The notes beneath the pieces are model-generated. The model had not been told where the DNA came from and did not search any database. It saw only the letters and a list, made by a program, of their open reading frames with translations. Of a stretch of DNA of 64,000 bases, positions 12,850 to 25,585 are shown in pieces; position 1 is the stretch's first letter; the number at the start of each line of letters is the position of its first letter. The stretch lies in assembly GCA_032718475.1 (NCBI GenBank), contig JAUCBJ010007794.1, forward strand, positions 6,123 to 70,122, given 5' to 3'. Position numbers and translations under genes: made by a program. This DNA comes from Nemertoderma westbladi (taxonomy: Eukaryota; Animalia; Xenacoelomorpha).

Positions 12850-14831
12850 CCCTGGTGACATTACGATCCAATCAGGGTACCAAGTGCTGGGTGCCTCTCA
12901 AAAGGTAGGTGCTAAAATGCACAACGAGTAATAATGAGCACCAATGAGCAACAACGAGCAAACACTTGGGAACTATGATAAATACACATCATGACTATTG
13001 GATAAACAGTAAATACAATACGTAAGTAGCTGTGTAACAGTAACTATAATACAGTAACTTAACAGTACACCACTATGTACTGTAGATTGAAGATACATTC
13101 ATTATACAGTATAATGTATCCCAGTAATATACCGAATATACACCATATCCTATGTATAATATAGTGTCGTTATTGAGGCGCAACCCCCCCCCCCCCCCGC
13201 CCAAATTTTTACACAATGCCTTTTTTTGCAGAATCGCACCTTTTTTGACGAAAGGAAACGACATCGATATACTGTATGTACATAGAAATGTTGACAACTC
13301 CACCTGAACAAGCCTGTGTATAAGATGAGTTTCATAATATCATTCACGTAACTACTCGACTATTTACTTCAAACTGGGATTGATTAATGAGCGAAGCGAG
13401 TGACACAAAAACCGAGGACCTAAAGCTATGGGACCTAAACGCTATGTGACCTGATGACTTACTGCTACTGACCTAACTCAGTAACTGCCTAAAGTATACA
13501 GATGTGTGGACCTAACGCTACCAGGCTGCCAGGCTACATTGTCCACAAAAGAGATTCTCATAAATGTTTCCATTTCAAGCACAACTTTTATATATTAGCC
13601 CATAATTTATTAATTTATAGGCCTATAGGCTAATGACAGACAGAATGACTACTGGTTGCCAATAGGCGGTAGGCCTAGATAGCAGGTCCGCAGCTTGTAC
13701 AATGATATAGTCATAGTCCACAACAAGAGAGGGGATGGGATCACTGGGGTTATATTGATGCCTTGTCTTACAACGACCTGTGAGCAAAAGTGTGGTTTGT
13801 CGGCCGGATGGTTAAAACCCTCCATTAATTAAAAATGAATGAGCATAATTTAATAAGTATTACTAACCCAATTTGATTTTTAATATTAAAAAAATTATAA
13901 TTACAATACGTTAAACTGAATTAAAAAATACGTAACTAATGATGTATGTACATAACATAGTTTACTTTAAAACAAATTAGATTTTCAATAAAATTACCTT
14001 ATCAGAGTATTAAAATTAAATTACGTACATTTTTAGAAGGTATTTTAGGGGGTGCGCTGGCGCTGGCGCTTGGATTTATTTATTTCTTTATTTACATTTA
14101 TTAGTATACTTAGAGACAGGGGCAGGAAGGAAGCTTGTCGAATGTACACAAATACTGTATAAGCAAATGCAATGCAACGGCAGCCATCGCGCTGCTACGT
14201 CAATGGAGGAGGTCTTTGGCCTTGATTCTGATTTAAGGAACACAGAAACTAACTTCTAATATAACAAAAATTTAAAAATATTCCAAAGGATGTTTTTCTG
14301 AACTAGTTGTTAGTGTAATAATAGGCCCTGCCCTACAAGAACAAGACTCAGTCTGGGACACTACCACAACACTGCCATGTAAATCCAATCGCGGTCCATC
14401 CACAAAGTCAAGCAAGCTCCATCCACCGCCCTGTCAATCACATAGCGACTTGGCCATTAACAAAAGCCAGTTCTCGGCGGGAATCTGAGTTCAAAGGCTT
14501 GCCGCAGTTGAGAGATGTAAACTGTTACCTTGAAATCATTTCAATGTCATTTTAATATGAGACAGAAAGTCTGGAATTTCGGTGTGTCGATTTCAAGGTC
14601 ATTTCAATATGGCATCAATGTCATTTCAATGTCAATGATACTTTCAATGATATTCTATGGACACATTTTGATCAAACTTTGATCAATGTTTGATCAAAGT
14701 TTGATCAATGTTTGATCAAAGGAATGCTTTTTGAGAGCGGGACTGTAGATGATATATTTATGGCTATTATAGCCAGACAGCCAGATACGAGTAAGCCAGT
14801 CCCGGTAGCTTTAGGTCCTGGTGGCCTGGTA

Positions 14832-17070
14832 CAGTACTGCTTTCAAATAACGTCGTATTGGATCCTAATAGGATCCTATTATAGGATCCAAGTCACTGAT
14901 TCACTACTATAGGAGTTAGGATTTAATTGTAAATGAAATTTAGCCCAAATTCCAGACTTGGAGGCACTTAGGATTTTACATGGATTTTATTAGGAACTTA
15001 ATTGGAAATCGGCGCTTACTTTGATGTCTGGAAGGTGGACTGACTCAGACTATGCTTGTGCTAGTCCACTTCTTCTCTATCCTGTCAATCATTAAGTTGT
15101 ATAGAATGGACTAGACTCAGCATAAAGTTTGCGTAGTGTTCAGTTCATTAAATTGAGGTATGGTTATCGATGGAAGATTACACTCCTACTGTACCTTGTA
15201 TTGCCAGCCTCTGACAGTCTGACGTAAATAATATTTAAAGTATAAACTCTAATAGATGAAATCCACACACATCCGCACATAGTTAACGTGCCGTGGGCTG
15301 GTAGGCTCTGGAATAATTTGAAATCGTATTGAACTTACAAATAAATTTAGGATCACAAACTGTATTTATTACTATTAAACATATTTTCAGTAATAAAGAG
15401 TAAAACACAATATTTGTGTAATTATTAATAGAACAAATATTAGTTTATTTTTATTTATTAGTTCTACAAACTTAACCTCTTGGCATATTGATATTAGTAT
15501 TAATTATAAATTATATTTATTTTACCATGGAAATGGTAAAATTGCCAGATCTAAAAAGTTCGCACAATAATTTAAATAAAATTATTACAAGTTTGACATC
15601 CGAATACAATCAGATTACGCCTAAGCAGCCCACTTCTTGTTGAAGCTCACTCAACGTGTTGACGGGCCTACTTTACACAAGCGGCGATACCTTTACCATA
15701 TGGTAGTTAATGTGTCCAGATGTTGAGTTAAAGCCAGTAGTGTGTTCTTTGCATATTTAACATTAGCCTATGGGGAGTATTGTTGTTGTAAGACAAGTCA
15801 GGGGAAGGGAAATACAACTCAACCATACTAGACAAAGCAGCCCTCTTTACTACTTTCAGCTATCCCGGGAGATTGATTGACAGACACTTCTAAGCTTTGA
15901 TATTTAGCCACTCTAGGTAGACTTACATTAGGCAAATTCCAAGTGATTTTCTAAAGGTTATTTAGTAGGAGCCCGCTTGACAGCGGGATACTTACTGTAA
16001 GAATCTTCAGGATACATTACACTGACTGACATACTGACTGATAATTATCTAGGTTAAGGCACTTCCTGCCTGGCGATTTTGATGAAATTTTGCAAGTACA
16101 TTGCTTTGGTGGTTCATAATTGCGTTACAAAATTTCAGATCGATTCTATGTGTGGTATTCGATATATTTAGTTTTTTGACATTGTTTTGTCGCGAAATTA
16201 AAAGCAATGGTAAAATAACAGCTGGTGTTCATGATGAAATATGGCTTAATTTGTTATACACAGTCATAGAAAAACGTGTTGGTTGCCAAGTTTTACTAGT
16301 AGGCTATAAGGAAAGGCAATGTTTACTCACACATAAGCTGTTGGTTTCTAATGTATTACCCCATAAGCTGATTGCTCTCCCAGTGCTTCCTAAGGGTATA
16401 TCTACAATAAGGTTACTCACTCTGCTATGTTAGGGGGTGGATCAGGAGAATGAATTTTAGTTACACAAAGCAGTGTGTTGTGTCCTATTGCAGTCGATAC
16501 TCACTGTGGATTGCAAAATGTTTTATAGTTGACCTACACTATAATACAGTAGTTGCATGTATTTAAGGAGCCCGCTCTGGCCTACCGCCTAAGGAGTACC
16601 TATATTACATATTCACATAGAATTCACTGGGAAGAGATATTCCGCTTGACGACGGGGTAATACCTATAGAAGGAAACTAAATTTGTTATTTGGCTCTATT
16701 CGTTGTTATTTATCTGGTTGTGCATCATGGGCATTTTTTATAAATATTCGGTAATCGCATCTTATATCTTGTAAACGTTCTTGATAATGAAATTATTTGC
16801 TTCATATTATATTTTTGTTAGTGGTAGCTAAGTTGCATTTTTAATTATGTGGGGCGAGCCACAAAGTCAGCTAGCCTCACGCCTTGCAGTTTAGACAATT
16901 TTAGTTTACTTACTGCTGACTGACATAGTTCTTTGTAATAGTCTTGGCTAGGATTTTTCCCTCGGGCTCCTTCCAGCCAGCTTGCTGGCTTTCTAGTTTC
17001 CTATTAGGTTCCTATTAGGATCCTATTAGGATCCAATGATCCAATAGGATGTTATTTGAAAGCGTTACTG
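14832..17070. mobile_element. Putative non-autonomous Tc1/mariner/pogo-type DNA transposon (TIR-bounded, TA target duplication)
   Basis: Left end TA|CAGTACTGCTTTCAAATAACGTCGTATTGGATCCTAATAGGATCC is the imperfect reverse complement of the right end GGATCCTATTAGGATCC...GTTATTTGAAAGCGTTACTG|TA. No transposase ORF inside. Confidence 0.65.
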
Positions 17071-17600
17071 TAGCTTTTAAGTCCGTGGCCTACACTTTAC
17101 ACAGGTTACATAGACGAGTGGAAAGGAACCCAAACTTAAACGAGAGTTAGGAATAATTTAATTGGGAATTAGGACCGATTTGGACCTAACGCTACATTAC
17201 CACTGACTAGGCCTACACTTTGCAGTTTGTAGGGCCTAATTAAGACGTTCCTTCCATACAGGAAATATGGTTCATGGACAATATTTCCATATGTTTCCAT
17301 ATTATACATACACACACACGCACCGACATACAATCAGACATACAAACAGATGAATTGACTTTTCAATGTTGATTAACCATCGCCCTGACTTGGAAAATTG
17401 ACGTGTTTACATAATTCGACTTTGCACAATTATTATGAGTAAAACTATAATGGGTCATTTTAACCCAAACGGCCCTTGGCGTTGCCTAAATAATAAAAGT
17501 CAAATAAAAAAAAAGTGTTAAAGTAAAAGTTGTGACCCCGATACATTTGGATAGAGTATAAAAAAGTAGGAGAGGTCATGAAATATTGTGACCCCAATAA

Positions 17601-17955
17601 TTATATTGAATTTTGTACAGTACATGTAAACTTAGAACTCGCAACAGTGGGTGTAAGGTGGACTCCGAGTGGAAGATAATTCCAAATATTGGGCGCAGCT
17701 ACAGCGAAATATCGATTACAGTAGCTCTCTAGGTTAAATCGTGGGATGATGGGGAGACTCTGGTCATTGGAGCGCAGTGGGCGTGGTTGATAGTGTGGAT
17801 GCAAGAGATCAGTAAGATAGGCCGGACCCATATTACTGTATTAAAGGCACACTTACTGTATATGTCAAAAGTGCAAATTTATTATCAATACGGCGCAGAA
17901 TAGGCAGCCAATGAAGATCACGCAACACTGGTGTAATGTGCTCTGTTTTACCGAA
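17601..17955 (-). pseudogene. 5'-truncated LINE (L2/CR1-like clade) ORF2 C-terminal fragment
   Basis: HITPVLRDLHWLPILRRIDNKFALLTY ... GPAYLTDLL ... RPLRS ... FAVAAPNIWNYLP is the typical post-RT tail of L2/CR1-type LINEs, here split across frames. Confidence 0.85.
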
Positions 17956-18039
17956 ACGTAACTTTATTGCCGAATTACTACTCTTGCCGAACGCGATAGT
18001 TGCCGAAACGCGATGTAACCACTGCGCTGCAACGTACAG

Positions 18040-18797
18040 TACCTGTATGTAAGTGGTCGCCAGGCGCCCGCAGTCTGTCTGTAACTGGTCGCCAGGCATT
18101 AGCAGTCTGCCTGTAACTGGTATCCAGACGCCTGCATTCTGTCTGTAACTGGTAGCCAGGCGCTAGCAGTCTGTCTGTAGCACTGTATCTGGGAGGCAGG
18201 CGCTAGCAGTCTTCCTGTATCTGGTATTCAGATACCCGCAGTCTGTCTGTAACTGGTAGCCATAGCCAGGCGCCAGCAGTCTGCCTGTAACTGGTAGCCA
18301 GACGCTAGCAGAGTCTGCCTGTAACTGGTATCCTGATGGCCGCAGTCTGTCTGTAACTATGGTAGCCAGGCGCTAGCAGTCTGACTGTAACTGGTATCCA
18401 GTTACAGTCTGTCTGTAACTGGTAGCCACGCGCCAGCAGTTTGTCTGTATCTGAGCAGAGTCTGCCTGTAACTGGTATCCTGACGGCCGCAGTCTGTCTG
18501 TAACTGGTAGCCAGGCGCCAGCAGTCTGCCTGTAACTGGTAGCCAGGCGCCAGCAGTCTGCCTTTAACTGGTATCCAGACGCCCGCAGTCTGTCTGAAAC
18601 TGGTAGCCAGGCGCCAGTAGTCTGTCTGTATCTGGTAGCCAGGCGCCAGCAGTTTGTCTGTATTTGGTAGCCAGGCGACAGCAGTCTGCCTGTAACTGGT
18701 AGCCAGGCGCCAGCAGTCTGCCTATAACTGGTATCCAGACGCCCGCAGTCTATGTCTGTAACTGCAACTGGTAGCCAGGCGGCAGCAGTCTTTCTGT
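18040..18797. repeat. 32-bp minisatellite (~23 degenerate units)
   Basis: Unit TGTAACTGGTAGCCAGGCGCCAGCAGTCTGCC; period of 32 measured between 18499 and 18531. Confidence 0.93.
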
Positions 18798-20093
18798 ATA
18801 AGAATGTAATTTAAAGTGATAACTAACGTAGTTACTAAGGTAGTTACTAATAATTGTTCTATAAAGGTCTTAATACTTGCCGCCTTTGATTGCCTTTATG
18901 AGACTTTATTCATTGCATAAGTAATTGCCTTTGTCAAAAGTGTATAAATAGGAGGAGTTTTAGGCATTAAAACCATTCTCTATCAGAAAATTATCATAAC
19001 TTTAGTTACAAAGTTATTTACAAATACTGTAAAAATGTTACCCGTAAGTCTTAAACTATTTCCTCTGCTGTCAGCTCTTTTCCTACTCCAGGTAGGTTTA
19101 TTTAATGCATAAAGTATTCATTTAGCGTTGTTATCTGAATTATTCATTTAATGATTTGCTCACATGAAAAAATAAACCCTTTATTAAGGATGTTAGATTT
19201 ATTCATCAAAACAAAAAAAAATGTTTTCTCACAGAATTATTCCACAAACAGAAATTTTATTTAAATGGTTAGCATCCTAGAGAGAGTGACAACGCATACA
19301 TGACTGTAGCCAACAGCTGTTTGACTGTTTGACTAGTTGTCCGTATAGGTTATCCCCGTCACCACCATTTGGTCTCCCCATGTTGCGTTGGATATCCGTC
19401 TGTCCACGTCTGTTTCCCTGGCCACGTCTTATTCCCATGTCCACATTTGTTGTCCCGTTGTCCCCACACCAATTGTACCCCAACTCATATCAGTTTTCTT
19501 GTAATATTGTAATATGTGGTGGATTTTTCAACATTTTCTATCGCAATAATTTTTATTATCCGTTTAAATCACTCATGATGTCCTTTTTTTTACTTTTTAT
19601 GTCCTCCAGAAATTTACCATTAGTTTCCATGCTACCGGTTTCTCTACTGCTGTTCTCCCAGGCTGCTATCAGTACCGGTATTAGTATATAGAGCACTATT
19701 TCGCAGTATTATTGCTGTATTGTTTGTACAGATGTAGGTATTAAGCAGGTATTTTAGGTATTTTAGTACCGGCACCGGTACTGCTCTAGGCCTACTGTGT
19801 AGCCTTACCATTAGAATACGGTATTGGTAGGCCTACCGGCTGACCGGTTGTGCTACTAAATTTTAAATAATTGATAGACCAAACTGGATTGTGGAAAATG
19901 TGGATATACCTTTCAGTTTCACATACATAATTTATCAGTTTTATAATAGATCATGACTACTGTCTGTGTAGTGTTACTGATAGCGGCACCACTACTTCCA
20001 ACAGCACAGATCAGTTCATAAACTTATACGTACTCGAAAAAACTACTTATACATGTTATACCCCGTTACCGTTTCCATTTGATACCGTTACCG

Positions 20094-20345
20094 TTGGTTA
20101 GAAAATCCCGCTTCTGTAACATGCTCCTTTCCCTCAATTAGTTAAGTGATCGTTTATTGTTTTGGTTAGAAAATCCCGCCTCTGTAACCTGCTCCTTTCC
20201 CTCGATTAGTTAAGTGATCGTTTATTGTTTTGGTTAGAAAATCCCGCCTCTGTAACCTGCTCGTTTCCCTCAATTAGTTAAGAGATCGTTTATTGTTTTG
20301 GTTAGGAAATCCCGCCTCTGTAGCCTTCTCCTTTCTCTCAATTGG
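20094..20345. repeat. 68-bp tandem repeat (~3.7 units), interrupted by element A
   Basis: TTGGTTAGAAAATCCCGCCTCTGTAACCTGCTCCTTTCCCTCAATTAGTTAAGTGATCGTTTATTGTT recurs every 68 bp; the last unit stops where the LTR (TGTGAC) begins. Confidence 0.9.
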
Positions 20346-20903
20346 TGTGACGGGATCCAGGAAGGTTCCCGGTTTATCCGGTTTGTTAGTTCACGCGTGC
20401 GTTGTCCCCGCCGTGCGTGAAGGGTAAAAGAGTTTGTGTGATGTTCGTTGTATATAATGATCGGCAAATAAAATGGATATAGATACAGTTATAGATTGTT
20501 GTACACGGAAGGCGGGTTAATGTTGACGTACGGTAATTAAAGTCCCCGTCCTTCCCTAACTAAACTTACTAACCTAGCTAGCACCAATATGACACACTGA
20601 GATAACTAACTGATATGATTACAGGTAACTGGTTATATTGCACGGGTGGCCTTGTTGCTCTACTCAATCGGTGCCTTTCCCCCCTCTGATTGGTTGATAC
20701 CCTTGTTGGCGCCTTTTGGGGTGTTCCCGTTCACCCCAGCTATTCTCTCTCTTGTCAGGGGAGTAACCCCTGACCCTCATTGTGTGCTTCTCCTTCCCAT
20801 TTTGTTGGGGAGACACGAGTTGGTAATTACCCAAACTCGTGTCCCCCAATATTGCTTATCGGCTCAACTTTATGGGGTGTTAGCGGGATTGAATAAGCTA
20901 ACA
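20346..20903 (-). repeat. Element A 3' LTR (558 bp, TG...CA)
   Basis: Plus strand TGTGACGGG...AAGCTAACA; about 10 mismatches by eye against 53085-53620. Confidence 0.95.
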
Positions 20904-20912
20904 CTCCCCCCC
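20904..20912 (-). other. Polypurine tract of element A
   Basis: Minus strand GGGGGGGAG lies immediately before the LTR start TGTTAGC. Confidence 0.85.
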
Positions 20913-21554
20913 ATGCTATCTTCCCGGTGAGAATCCCGCTGGATCCCGATCTAGCATCGGGTGTGGGGTGGAAATCTTTTCTCTCGGAGTCGGCTTTCCA
21001 GGCCGCTCCCTCTGGGTATGATAACGCTACCCTGTACGCCTGGCGTCCATGTCGGGCCGATCGTGCTCACCTCTCACACGATTTTTGTTTCCCCAACACT
21101 TTCGCCCTTGACTCTACTCTTCTCTCACTCTAACTCTCGGACTTCTCTGTCCCTCACTCAGCCTCTTACTCCTCCCCCCCCACACTAGGATTGCATCCGC
21201 ACCCTCTCTGCACTCCGCACTATCATTCTTCCCTCGACCCCTCATTGACTACCTCATACCCTCTGACGAATGTCACCCCCCCCCCCCTCCCATGCCGTCG
21301 CACTCAAGAAGTGTGAAATTGTCTCGTGTCTCGTTCATAGTCCCATAGTCAATTTAGCCCCCGTTCCCAGTAGCTAATTGAGAAAGGTTGTATGACTATA
21401 GTACTTACTTCGAGCGTATATATTTCTAGATTACTGATTACTACGTACGTACATACAAATTGCACTTATATTGATTATTTACATTAAAATTAAATTTGTA
21501 TTTAATAGTTCGCACGTCTCGCGTGGCGCCTTCCAGGCGTACCACACTAAAGTC

Positions 21555-24110
21555 TCAGTCTATTCCTCCCGACCTTGGGAACCTCCCCGTCTCTCTCGAG
21601 ATGGCTTCCTCCCTGGGTCGCTTCCTGGTCACTATCGCTCCCCTGGGATCTGCTTTCTGTCTTCGGACTCTCGCCGACACTTCCTTACTAATCCCGGTAG
21701 TCGGTTCCTTGGCTGCCGGTGTTATAAGTTACCGGTACCGCTTCGCGGGTGGCCCCTCCGAATGGCCCTCTTGTCTCCCCCTAGTGGCGTCCCATAAAAT
21801 CATCTTCATGGCTCTTGGCACATGCTCCGCCAAGAAATCCCTGAACTCTCCTCTGTTTTGTGGCGTCCACCTATCTAAATACCTCTGCGTATTTATCACC
21901 CCGGCAAATGATGCCGCCGTCGCCACTTCCTGATAAGTAAACGGAAGCCTCCGTTTAATAATCTCCATGTGGGCCTCCTGGTTGATTAGGAAGAAACCCC
22001 ACTTAAACTCCTGGGCCTTCATACGTTGCCGAGTCATTGCCCCGACGTCGGCCCACTCTTCGAAGATCCTGAACTTCTCTTTGTCGTCCATCCAGTCGCA
22101 CTGGCGTCCGTAATGTCCCCGAAAGTTACACTTCGGACATTGGTTGTGCAACCGAGGACACGCTCCCATCCTGTGGCTCGACTCTCGGCAGTATAGACAA
22201 TAGGTTCCCTTCTGGAACCGATACAAACAGCTCCTTTCCTGGTGGGTCTGTCTCCCACAGTAGTCGCAACCGAGTATCAGTGTCTCCCACCCCACGTCGT
22301 CTTTCGTCCCAAGCGACCTCCGCAGTCTATAGAGTCGCTGATAGGCGAACTTTTGGACATTAGTGTCCCTTTCTACATCGATCTCCCCGCCCCTCCCGGG
22401 CATTGTCTCTCCAAATACTACCCGTGGTGCCGTCCCCGGTTGTTCGCCCAACCTGATGGTGCCCCCCGCGAAATCCATCGCCGGTTTCTTGTGCACCCAG
22501 GCCCGCTTGCCGGGTATATCCCAGAAGGCTCTCGCCGCACTGGCCGTCACCACCCTTCCGCCAACCCAGTCCGTGTCCGAGTGGCCTAACCTCGCGATGG
22601 GCGGCACCTCTCCGAACTCGTCATCGTCTTCTTCCTCCTCTCGCAGTGGTTCCAATCCCGGTATCCCGGTTGACCCACTATGTCCCTTCCCGCCTTGGAC
22701 CTTGCCCGTAGCTCTCCATTCCTCTAGCTCCTGTACCTTCCTTAACGGTTGGTCGCCCTCAGCGCCCGCTGGTATGGGCATCTCTTGCAACCCCGACGTC
22801 GACTGTTTCGGTGATCCCACCGTCCACCCCAACTCTCGCCCTAGAGACTCCCCCGAACTCCCCGATGAAGTCCAACGAAGTTCATCTAGCCCCGCTTGCT
22901 CCTCGAAGCCGTAGCTCTGCGTCCTGGCTTCCTCCTCCCTCTCTTCTGCTTCTCTTTTCTCCTGTCTAGCGATTTCTTCAAATCGCTTCGCTTCCCGTCT
23001 ATCCGTCTCTAACTGCTCCCACCTCTCATATGGCGTATCCACGTCCCTGTCTACCAGATGTCGGTGGTTGTAGTACACCGACTCGCCCTTCAGCCCCGGG
23101 TGGTCTACCAGACCCTCGAAAGCCGTCTTAAAGGCCCTTCTGTAGCTCAGGGGTGATCCCGATAGCAGGAATGACGTTGGTTCTTTCCCAATGACAACGG
23201 TCATGAATAGGTTCAGTAGACCTATCATTATCCAGTCCTCCTGCAGGATATATCGCTTCTGATATACCTTTATCGCTCCTCTCCGGAATTGGTACACCTC
23301 TTGTTTCCCTGGTCTCGCTCCCCACTTCAGCGAGTTCGCTAACTCTGCCCCGTACTCCTCTCTGAACTTTCCCCAGTCCGTCGGTTTATGGCACACGAGC
23401 CCCAATAGCTGGCCCATCGCCACTGCTCCGCACTGGCCTGTGTTCCCCACTAGTCCCAACCCGTCTGGCGCTGTCATAGCCATAAAGACCGTCTGCGTGT
23501 CCAGAAGGTTGGGGGTGTCCGGACCGATGATTCTCTCCGCGTCGTCGCGAATCGCCGATCCCACCTTCGTCGTTGACTTCTCTCTTACCAAGACTTGCAC
23601 CGCTTTCGGTAATCGGTTCAACTTCGGCCCGTCCTTGCTCCCATACGTTCCTAGATCGAATAGGAAAATGTCCCCATTTGGCGCAGCCAAATGTAGGAGT
23701 ATGGTTCTGGCCGACCCTGCTGATCCTCGTCTCGAACCCCCCTCGTCTTCCACGGTTCCCTCGTCGTCTAGGATCATATATCCTCCTCTACTGACGGACT
23801 CTACGAACCTCTTCCAATCCTTCTTCGGCGACTGCCTCACATACTTCGGAATCACGAACTTCTCCTCGTCTCCCTTCACTACGTAGTGGAAGTGTTCGAA
23901 TATCGCGTTGTCCAGCGACGGTGTCCCGTAGGTTCCGACCAGCCGCTGTTCGTGCACTTCCCTGAAATGGTCTTGTAGTGCTCGCGCTGGGTGACCCCTC
24001 TCCAACCGCTCGTAGTATCCCCTTGTCTTCTCTTCTCTTCTCTTTCTCGTCCACCAGTATCTCCTTTCCTCCTGACTCTGCCTTTCTCTTTCTGATCAGC
24101 TTGCTCGCCA
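21555..24110 (-). CDS. Element A accessory ORF3: DEDDy-like 3'-5' exonuclease plus three CCHC knuckles (open 21729-24005; probable frameshift near the 5' end and a premature stop near the 3' end)
   Basis: ExoI-like MILDDEG, then ILLHLAAPNGDIFLFDL, LPKAVQVLVREKSTTKVGSAIRDDAERI (ExoII-like), NLLDTQ and YQKRYILQEDW (ExoIII-like). Knuckles CDYCGRQTHQERSC, CLYCRESSHRMGAC and CPKCNFRGHYGRQC. The second copy at 46680-47675 reads GAA where this copy has TAA (21729), extending the frame to TGA at 21555. Confidence 0.75.
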
Positions 24111-24589
24111 TTCCGAACTCCGTCGCTCGCTCACCCGTAATGTGGTGCCTTACCAAGGCGCTATACAGATGAGTGACAAGTTAGGATGTTCTGTACTGTT
24201 TGACAATGGCCTATTCTTTACTATCTGCGCCTTTCTAGCCTAAATTATTACTTACTTAATTCTGAAGCTAGTAAATACACCCTAATTCCAGTTTCTGTCA
24301 GTTACTTTTATTATGTTCCAGAATAATTTTCCTACTGTTGCCATAATTTGTAACTTTCAGCCCTATCCTATTTATTTTAGTTTTGTTTTTGCCCTACCGT
24401 GCTACTACTTACTATTGCCTATGGATTATCCTATTCTCTAATCCACGTTCCGGCCTACTCTGTGGGCCTGTGCAGTACAGCAGTATAAGTCGCGTGGCCT
24501 ACACGATCTATCCAACTGTACTCATATGCCCCCCTCTAACTGCTAACTAATATCTATATCATATATACCCCTCTACTTCTATCTCTTAC

Positions 24590-25460
24590 TAATTAGTACT
24601 ACGTACTTTCATACTAACTCTCTCTCTCTCTCTCTCTAACTATCGGTACTACGTACCCTTTAACTATCTACTCTCTCTCTAACGGTACTACGTACCTTCT
24701 AACTCTTACCCTCTTACGGTACTATGTACCCTTTAACTCTTACTCTCTAGCTAGCTAGCGGTACTACGTACCCTCAACTAACTAACTAACTAACTAACTA
24801 ACTCTTACTAACTAATGGTACTACGTACCCTCTAACTCTTACTCTCTAGCTAGCTAGCGGTACTACGTACCCTCAACTAACTAACTAACTAACTAACTAA
24901 CTCTTACTAACTAATGGTACTACGTACCCTCTAACTCTTACTCTCTAGCTAGCTAGCGGTACTACGTACCCTCAACTAACTAACTATTCTAACTCTTACT
25001 AACTAATGGTACTACGTACCCTCTAACTCTTACTCTCTAGCTAGCTAGTGGTACTACGTACCCTCAACTAACTAACTATTCTAACTAACTCTTACTAACT
25101 AATGGTACTACGTACCCTCTAACTCTTACTCTCTAGCTAGCTAGCGGTACTACGTACCCTCAACTAACTAACTATTCTAACTAACTCTTACTAACTAATG
25201 GTACTACGTACCCTCTAACTCTTACTCTCTAGCTAGCTAGCAGTACTACGCACCCTCAACTAACTAACTATTCTAACTCTTACTAACTAATGGTACTACG
25301 TACCCTCTAACTCTTACTCTCTACCTAGCTAGCGGTACTACGTACCCTCAACTAACTAACTATTCTAACTAACTCTTACTAACTAATGATACTACGTACC
25401 CTCTAACTCTTACTCTCTAGCTAGCTAGCGGTACTACATACCCTCAACTAACTAACTATT
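24590..25460. repeat. Internal ~80-90-bp tandem repeat of element A between pol and ORF3
   Basis: Recurring GGTACTACGTACCCTCTAACTCTTACTCTCTAGCTAGCTAGCGGTACTACGTACCCTCAACTAAC(TAAC)n. Confidence 0.92.
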
Positions 25461-25585
25461 ACTCTATTTTTATTTTTATTTTATTATTTTGTGTGGGAAG
25501 GGCGTCTAGCCCTCAATCCCACCCCCCTCAGTCCAAACTTGGACGACTAAAACACACACACACACCTACACTCTACACTCTAGGT

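Noticed and set aside
1513-12871. Long Pro/Ser/Gln-rich ORFs (up to 837 aa) resembling extensin or mucin
   Set aside because: The 67-bp unit has no stop in any minus-strand frame and is not a multiple of 3, so all frames give the same cycling peptide. Starts are mostly GTG and indels ignore frame.
12850-20090. Host gene exons or RNA genes in the spacer region
   Set aside because: Only short ORFs without motifs; no tRNA or rRNA signature recognised. Small exons cannot be excluded by eye.
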